A DNA stretch of 63,849 bases, filler included, from Octopus bimaculoides (Eukaryota), in NCBI RefSeq assembly GCF_001194135.2. It is 5 parts of 5 records of this genome, joined end to end, with 100 filler letters (N's around TTAATTAATTAA, not from the genome) between each part and the next. Parts side by side here need not be neighbours in the genome. Positions count along the whole stretch, not along the records: positions 47,234 to 62,594 come from NC_068996.1; positions 62,695 to 63,849 come from NC_068994.1; 3 more parts are not named here. One strand, written 5' to 3'. The notes beneath the pieces were generated by a model that saw nothing but the letters and a program-made list of their open reading frames with translations, was not told the DNA's origin and made no database searches. Position 1 is the first letter of the stretch, and each line of letters opens with the position of its first letter. Position numbers and translations under genes: made by a program. Shown one piece after another: positions 55,615-63,849 of the stretch.

Positions 55615-55850
55615 GTATATACGTTCCTGTATTCATTTATTTCTTTACTTGTTTCAGCCATTCGACTGCTGCCATGCTGGAGTACCACCTTAGAGGGTTT
55701 TAGTCAAAGAAATCGACCCCAGGACTTTTTCTTTATATGCCTAGTACTTATTCTATCGGTCGGTTATGCCGAACCACTAAGTTACAGTGACGTAAACACA
55801 TCAATACCGGTTGTCAAGCGATGGTGGTGGGACGAACACACACACACATA
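55615..55850 (-). mobile_element. SINE family A, 3' half
   Basis: Reverse complement of about 34800-34998. Confidence 0.8.
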
Positions 55851-55938
55851 TATATATATATAATACTCAAATACCAGAAGTAAAGTAATATGCTTACTCT
55901 TTTTTCCACCTTGTTGCACATTTATGTGCTTACTCCGG

Positions 55939-55970
<32 letters not shown>

Positions 55971-56129
55971 CATACATATATATATATATATATATGTACA
56001 TACATATATACAAACATATATTTACACATATATACATATACATATATGTATGCATGCGTGTGTGTGTATGTACAGTTGTACAGATAAAGAGAAATATATG
56101 CGTGTTTATGTAATACATCTATCTATCTA

Positions 56130-56171
<42 letters not shown>

Positions 56172-56579
56172 CATACATATGTAGAAATATATACGCAAAT
56201 GCATACATAATTATATAGATGTATTTATGTAAAATGCGCTCATGCTTTTGTGTGTGTGTGTGTGTGTATGTATGCATGTATGTGTAACCAAGTGCTTCGG
56301 CGGCGCAAAGAACAGACTTCCCGGTTCAATCCATTGACGCAATACTTTTCTAATTGACTCGCGGGATTTCCAATTTATTATGTTTTGTTTGTGTCAATCA
56401 TTAGACTGCAACGATGCTGAAACAATACCTTGAAGACTTTTTATTTTAATCAATCGAGCCCACTTCATTTTTGCCGAATCACTAAGTCTCGAAGAAGTAA
56501 ACAAACCGACACCGGTTTTCAAACGGCAGTGGGGACAAAACGCGCGCGCGCGCACATATATACATATATGAATATATAA

Positions 56580-56719
56580 AATGGGGAAGGCTTGTTTATG
56601 AGATAACCTTAGATTTTCCCGTCCATAAAGTGTTTAGCTTTATGGCGTATCGTCAGATTCCAAATACCCTTCATGGACGGATAACCCAAGGTAATCTGAT
56701 AAACCGGCCTTCCCCATTC
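56580..56719. repeat. small imperfect hairpin or MITE with ~50-bp arms
   Basis: AATGGGGAAGGC..CCGTCCAT / ATGGACGG..GCCTTCCCCATT. Confidence 0.7.
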
Positions 56720-56896
56720 TTAATATATACTGCTTTACATCTTAGTGAGCTTCTTCGTTCGTATTTATGCTTTTTACAGACGATATATATATACACACAC
56801 ACGCACGCACATATATACACACACATGCACATACATACACACACACACACATATATTTATATACATATATAATCATATATATATTTAAAGAAATTA

Positions 56897-56981
<85 letters not shown>

Positions 56982-57028
56982 TAGATAGATAGATAGATAG
57001 ATACACAGATAGAAATATAGATAGATTG

Positions 57029-57059
<31 letters not shown>

Positions 57060-57154
57060 GATAGATAGATATAAATTAGCTACGAATCTTCTGTTTTGTT
57101 TTAGCAAAGTTTTCCGTATATATATATGTGTGTGTGTGTACGTCTGTGTGTACA

Positions 57155-57300
57155 TGACGGATTTCTTTGAGTTTCTCTCTGCCAAATCCACTCACAAGAC
57201 TTTGGTCAGCCTGGTGCTGTAATAGAAGACATTTCCCCAAAGTGGTACGTAGTGGGACTGAACCCGGAACCATGTGGCTGGGAAACAAATTTCTTACCAG
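57155..57300 (-). mobile_element. SINE family A, 5' half
   Basis: CCAAATCCACTCACAAGACTTTGG..GAACCATGTGG. Confidence 0.8.
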
Positions 57301-57321
57301 ACTGCAGATATTCGTGTGTTT

Positions 57322-57377
<56 letters not shown>

Positions 57378-58580
57378 GTGTCTGTGCCTGTGTGCCTGAC
57401 AAAGTGAGAGATAGTATGCGAGAGCGCGCGCGCGCGCGCGTGTGTGAGTGTTTAGTGAATGTTTGTATGTAAAAATAGAAGCGGTACACAATTATATCTA
57501 GTATTGAGTCATATCTTTAGGTAAATTCAGCTATCCAATCAGTTATCGATTATATAAATACCAAAGAAGTACCAAGAGCAGAGCCGGATCTATAGAGTTT
57601 GTGGGACAAAGTGACAACTACTCTGAGCCCTTTTATAAGAGTGGTTCCCTAGTCCTTGTTGATGAATGTGAGGCGAACGTCCTCGGAATCAAATGCAGAC
57701 TTGAGAAATTTTTTACCATCTAATTTGCCTCAAATTTAACTTGATTTTCTTTATTCAATACATCTTTGTCGAAGATTTTTTGTTAAAACCTCCTAGCAAC
57801 CCTGCAACTGACTTGTTAGTGTTTACATTTTATATTATGTGTAAGGTTTACTAAGTATGTTTATATGTAATTTCCATGTAACGTTTATGCACACCTGGTC
57901 AGTTTTTTGCATTTATTTTTTGTTTGTATTTGTAACTTTACAGCTCGTATTGTATACAATAAGGGGGTTTGCTGTGCATTTTTTTATCCTTTAATCTTTG
58001 TTTGTGAGGGTCCCTCGAACCTGAAGTACCCCGAGTACCTAAGGCAATATCCATCTCTGACTGAGATCAATGTTATCAGCAAAACCCATTGAAGCCGGTG
58101 TCTCAGTTTGGCCGCCTTTCAACCACTGAAACAATTTATCAATTACGAATATAAAGAACTCAATACCGGATACAAGAAATGTATGGGAAATATGACAAGC
58201 GCAAATTTAAGGTTTACTCAGTAGGAAGGAGAGGTGGAGATGACCTTCGCAAGTCCTCAGATGAGACTGATGCGGTTGACATTTAGTATAAACATTTGAC
58301 GTGCACAGGAAAAACGTTTGCATTGGAAGGGGAATTCCAGAGAGTGGACAACTGTAAGGAAGGAATGATAAGTAAAAACATGGTTATTACTGGGGCTGTG
58401 TGTGACAGTTGAGGTGACGAAAGGAGAGCAGGTTAATGTATCGGAAGAGTTTGCGTGATGTTGATGGATGGTGTGATAGTTTTAATGTAAAATCAATACT
58501 GGATCACGAATAAGATACTTTAAATGCTACATAATTGAAAGAAAAACCATATTACAAAGAATAAAGTCAAAGTCGCTTAC

Positions 58581-59130
58581 CTCTGGGTAGATTAGCAGCT
58601 TCAGTGGTCTGTGGATTTTTAGGGGTATAGGCTGTAGTCGTAGCGTATACACTAGGTAGTAATTCCTGTAGATGCTCAGCAATCATTGATAAGTTTCGAA
58701 CCACACCTTCCAGTATGGTAAAATTTTCACCCACCCTTCCGATTTCTTCCTTTTGTGTATTAACTTGATCCCGAATCGACCTGAGCGTTTGATGTTGTGA
58801 TTCAAGAAGGCTGCGTGTGTCAAGCACATCGCCACTGAGTTTATTCAATCTCATGTCCAGTTCGAGGACTCGAGCCGAGTTATTTTCACGTTTCAAACCA
58901 AGCATTGCACTCATGGTCCCACTAGCCCCAGGGAAATCTTTTTCGAACTTTTTCAGACGATCTTCAACCATTCTGTTTACAGAAGCAAGTAAATCGTCAC
59001 ACCTGTACCTTCGCCGGCCCCTTCGACCTCTGCCATTCTTGGGACTTCTCGTACTCGACTCTAGTGTACATTGTCCAAAGAGAAGAAAAGCGGTGACTAG
59101 AATGCAGACGAATCGCAGAGTGAATGCCAT
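58581..59130 (-). CDS. first coding exon of a secreted coiled-coil protein, probably fibrinogen-related (angiopoietin/scabrous-like)
   Basis: gacATGG start; hydrophobic signal peptide; RGRRGRRR basic cluster; heptad-rich middle; Thr/Pro stalk; ends AGA G|GTAAGC (phase 1, LPR-D expected). Exon strongly supported; product is inference. Confidence 0.85.
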
Positions 59131-61211
59131 GTCTTATAATGGTTAATTTGTTGTTGGTGATGATGTATTTATTTGTATAATTACTTGCAAGAATTGATTG
59201 TTTTGTAAGTTTGTTTTACGTCAATACTTTTCGAAAGTTTAGGAAAAAATAATGTACATGTATAGATATATGAACGCAGACATAAGCTGATAAATATGTG
59301 TATGTGTACGTGTATCTGATGCACGTGTTTCTGTGTATGTGTTCGTGTGTCAATTGCGTGCGTAATGTTGTATACGTATTATGTATGTACGTATAGATAT
59401 TAAATTGCAGAAAATGTTGACTCTTCAAGTTTTAACTTGAATTTCCAAATATATGTCTGTATATACAGCTGTATATGTTCAAGTGAGTATGTACAAATAT
59501 TTATTTACAAATGTATAAACAACGCGATTTAGAATCGTTTTTCCGTGATTAACTTTATCGTTGGTAAAAAGATAAACTTGAAATATATGTATGTATATAC
59601 GCAACAAAAGTATGTTTGTAGAAGTATGTACTTATGCAGAAGTATATTTGTTGTGATGAAAGGAAGATACGTATCTGTTTCACGTTTCGCTAAGAATTTC
59701 CGTAAAAAAAGAAAACAATCCGTATATTTATGTATGACATACGTATATTCTAAATGAATCAGAGTCCAGCTAGAAATTCCAGTTCGCTTCGGTAGTTCGA
59801 CGCTTAATAAAAAACCATCATTACACAGTGTAAGAAAAAAAATAAGTGGATTTCTTGGAAAAAGTAAAGAAAAAAAGTAAATTTGGTAAAAGCAGAAAAA
59901 TGCTTGGTAAAAAGTGAAAATCGCTAAAATTGTAAAATTGGTAAACCCAATAAATTTGATAAACACAAAATCTCAGTGAAAGAAGAGAAATTGCTAAACT
60001 TCGTAAATTTTTTAAATTGGTAATAATTTCCTTAAAACTGTTACAGTTGGTAAAATTTGATAAATTGATGGTTTAAAATAGAAACAGTCTTGGTAGATTT
60101 AGTAAAATCACTAAAATCAGACAATTTCTTGAGAAAAACAAAAACAGAGAAGACGAAGAGAAAATCTAACTTTTCTTCACGCGGTGTTTCTCTGCCACTT
60201 CTGGAAGGGTTGGTAGAATTTTTGATTTGTTCTTTGGCCTGCCTGTCCGCCTGTCCGCCTGCCCGCCCGCCTGCCTGTCTGCGTAGCGTATTTCTGTCAC
60301 TGTATGTGCTCGTGTCTGTATTATATTTGTATACGTTTGTGATTCTATTGCTCTCTGTATATTTTATATGTGTGTGTGTGTGTGTGTGTACGTGTATCTG
60401 TCTACATCTCTATTTGTATGTTTTTATCTCTATCTCTCACTTTCTTACTTGTTATCTTCCGCCTTCTTTTCCTCTTCTTCTTTTCTCCCCACACCTTTTA
60501 TTACTTACAAAAAGATTCAGTCGCGCACGCAGTCAGTCACACGCGCGCACACACATACACACCCGCGCGCATGCCACTGTCTATCGCCACTTCTTTTCTT
60601 TCTTCTTTCTTCTTTCTTTCTTTTCTGTTTCTGATTCCCTCCACTTCTACAGGTTGTTGTTTAGTCCCTGCTGCTGTTGTTCAGTCCCTGGTCGTTCCTC
60701 GAGCTAGCAGACACATCATCAAAAGCGCTCCAACTGTAACCATCATGCATTTTATTTAGAAACAGTAGATCTTAGGGGTACATTATCCAGTACGTCGTTT
60801 TCTTTTTAAGAAAACAGGGTGTGATTGGGGAGAAATTTGACTGGTATTTCAAGCATTTCGAACGACCACAAAGAGTCGTTTTTGTATATAGTAGTAAACA
60901 TATATATTATAAAGAACTACACTGGCTAAAGTTGAGGGAGATTTGGTTGCTATTTCTAACAGGTTTTCTAACCAAATGACATAGCTTATCTTCTTCAGGT
61001 ATTTCCAAGTTATCCCTTCTGTTCCCTTCCACTCCCTTTCTCTCTGCTACGTTCCCTGTCCCTTCTGCTTACATGTTCCCATGTTACGTTTGTCGCTCGT
61101 TTTGTCACTCATTTCTACGCCGCTTTACTCACTTTTACTCTCACTTTCTCTCTCGCCCCACTCTCGTCCTATCTCTCTTTCTCTCTCTCTCACTCTCTCT
61201 CTCTCTTTTTT

Positions 61212-61263
<52 letters not shown>

Positions 61264-61994
61264 CATCTCTCAATTCTTTCGCCTTTTTCACCCACTCCCA
61301 CCGTTCACTTCACACATCTTTTCTTTCTTCCCATCCTCCCACTTTCCTTTCCCCCCTTCACTCTCTCTTACTGCCTCTTCCTTTCCCACCCCTTCGTTCT
61401 CATTCCTTGCTTTCGCCGTTTACTTTTTTCCCTTTTTATCTTTGCACCTTTACAGCCTCCTCCTCCTACTACTACTACTACTACTACTACCTCAAGTCGT
61501 TTAACTTTCTCCCCGCTCATGCCTCTAACCATTGACGCTCGTCCCTCACTTATTTCACTCACTTTATACCATCTCTATTTCCATCTTACTCCCTACCATT
61601 CTTTTCACACACACACACACGGTTCCCTTCACCCTGTTTCTATTCTTTCTTCTCTTCACCTTCGCTTTCCTGCCTTCTCTCACTCTCGCTCCATCGCCTT
61701 CCGCTCTCCTCTATTCACACTCGCACACTCTTATCTTGGCGACCCTTCCGTTCACAATCGCTTTCTTCCTTTCACACTTAATCATTTTCCTTCACAACCC
61801 CCCCCCCCCATCATTCAACTTTTCTTCCATCCCACTCCATCACACCACTCCCAATGTCACTCTCACTCTTATTCTTATCTCTCATTCTCTTTCACTCTGT
61901 CAATTTCTTCAATCAATGAGGATGGTAAAGTTAATTCTTGGAATGAAAAACAAAAAATACGATGCAATGAACACATTTTCCAAATTTAGGATTC

Positions 61995-62293
61995 GATGAG
62001 CTGGCAGAATCGTTAGAGCTCAGTAGCGTTTCTACTGAGTTCAAATTCCACCAAGAATGACTTTGCTTTTTATCGTTTCGGGGTCGATGAAATAAAGTAC
62101 CAATGAAATAGGGCGGCGAGCTGGCAGAATCTTTAACACGCCAGGCGAAATGCTTAGCGGTATTTCATATGTCGTTACGTTCTGCGTTCAAATTCAACCG
62201 GAGGTCGACTTTGCCTTTCATCCTTTCTGTGGTTGATATAATCGACTTAATACCTTCCCCCAAAGTTGAGGCCTTGTGCTTCCAGTAGAAAGA

Positions 62294-62295
<2 letters not shown>
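61995..62295 (+). mobile_element. two head-to-tail family B SINEs
   Basis: GAGCTGGCAGAATC at about 61998 and 62117; second copy ends in (ATT)n. Confidence 0.8.
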
Positions 62296-62367
<72 letters not shown>

Positions 62368-63327
62368 CATCATCATCATCATTATTATTATTTTATGTTT
62401 GACTTTTGTTTTGCATTTGTACAAGTTGGATCCAAGTCTCACCCAGAGACCTCAAGAGACAACAAGTTAGAAGTTCATGTAGGTGTTATGCCTAGGGTAC
62501 CATATATTTGGATTTGTACAGTTTTGTTCAAGTGAATGTTTAAGAAACCATAAGAAAATTATGTGTTTGCTTTAAAATTTGAGATCACATAGACNNNNNN
62601 NNNNNNNNNNNNNNNNNNNNNNNNNNNNNNNNNNNNNNTTAATTAATTAANNNNNNNNNNNNNNNNNNNNNNNNNNNNNNNNNNNNNNNNNNNNAAGCAT
62701 ACATACATACATACCTATATACATACATACACACATACATACATACATACATACATACATGCATACATACATACATACATACATACATACATACATACAT
62801 ACATAGTCAATAGTTTTAATTCGTTCTTAGCTATATATATTCCATTGTCCTCTGTGTCAGATTCATACGGAATATATAAGATTTGAGTGACAGTGATGGT
62901 GGAGAAGCATTGTTAAAAATTTTATGGTTTCCTCTCTCTCTCTTTTCTCTTTTGTCATTGAATTTCTCTCGCTTGTTAACGCTTTTTGTACCACTGATCC
63001 TGCCCTGAAGTGTAGAGAGAAGACAAAGGGAGATAACTTTAAGACAAAATGATCAGATTTTTCCTAGGTAAATTAGTGTGATATTCTATGCTTATAGTAG
63101 CTTTATATAACCAAATAAATATCATACATAGTTCTTTGCTGATAACGCGAATAATAACATAAACTAGGGCAAACAAAACCAGTTGTGTATGTATGTATGT
63201 ATGTCGTTATTCTGTTTCATTTCAAGATTTGTTACCAATGTAGAAAGAACCGGTTTCCAACCAAGATCCAAGAGTCCTTCATTGGAATTTCAACATCAAC
63301 AACAGGATATTTTTGTACGTATGTATG

Positions 63328-63361
<34 letters not shown>

Positions 63362-63371
63362 TGTATGTATG

Positions 63372-63420
<49 letters not shown>

Positions 63421-63638
63421 CTTTCTATCTGTCTATCTATCAATCAATCTCTCTCTATATATATAAATATCGTGGCATTCTGTCTGTTCGATGACGAGGG
63501 TTCTAGTTGATCCCTTCAACGGAAAAAAAACCCTCTTCCCAGAATTGAAGTGGTTTCATGGCAAATAAGTCGAAAGGTAAGCTACTATAAATTGGCACGA
63601 ACTTTCCGGACAACCCAATACTATTCTTCTTTCTGATA

Positions 63639-63849
63639 CAGTAATCCCTCGACTATCGCAGGTTCTACGTTCCAAAACTCACCGCAATAGGTGAAAATCC
63701 GCCAAGTAGAAACTGTACTGAACTGTACAATTTTTAAAAATTGTTTTTATAATTTGTATATATTTACTTTATTATAAATGCAAAACAACAGCACGGATGA
63801 ATCGACGTAAGCTTAGATAATAAGCAGCGATAGGTAAACCGTGATAAGT
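63639..63849 (+). mobile_element. 5' end of a pogo/Tigger-like element
   Basis: TA-CAGTAATCCCTCGACTATCGC terminus; runs off the window. Confidence 0.6.

Noticed and set aside
63224-63318. Apparent + strand exon with a good acceptor
   Set aside because: Stop codon in the required phase; resembles a microsatellite-flanked interspersed repeat

Overview
AT-rich, microsatellite-saturated animal genomic DNA with many N gaps. The SINE, RTE-tail and MITE repertoire points to a coleoid cephalopod, probably Octopus (inference). Nearly all ORF-track entries are microsatellite or gap artefacts. Three real coding exons are supported. Two are + strand internal exons (40385-40662 and 45594-45687/45717). 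They splice in frame into ...FDDSEEWAK|IAAIMQSFGAGI..., which resembles the pre-SAM region of ANKS1A/ANKS1B. The third is a - strand first coding exon (58581-59130) for a secreted coiled-coil protein ending LPR-(D?) at a phase-1 GTAAG donor, probably fibrinogen-related (angiopoietin/scabrous-like). It appears to be nested antisense in the ANKS1-like intron. The remainder is intronic: tRNA-derived SINEs in modular head/tail combinations, decayed mariner and DD37D-type transposases, LINE fragments, MITEs, several long fold-back hairpins (one with 119-bp near-perfect arms), and five hammerhead-ribozyme-like motifs of the Penelope type. Four artificial 44N-TTAATTAATTAA-44N linkers mark unsized scaffold joins, which limits claims about gene nesting. 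All family assignments come from recalled motifs, not database searches.
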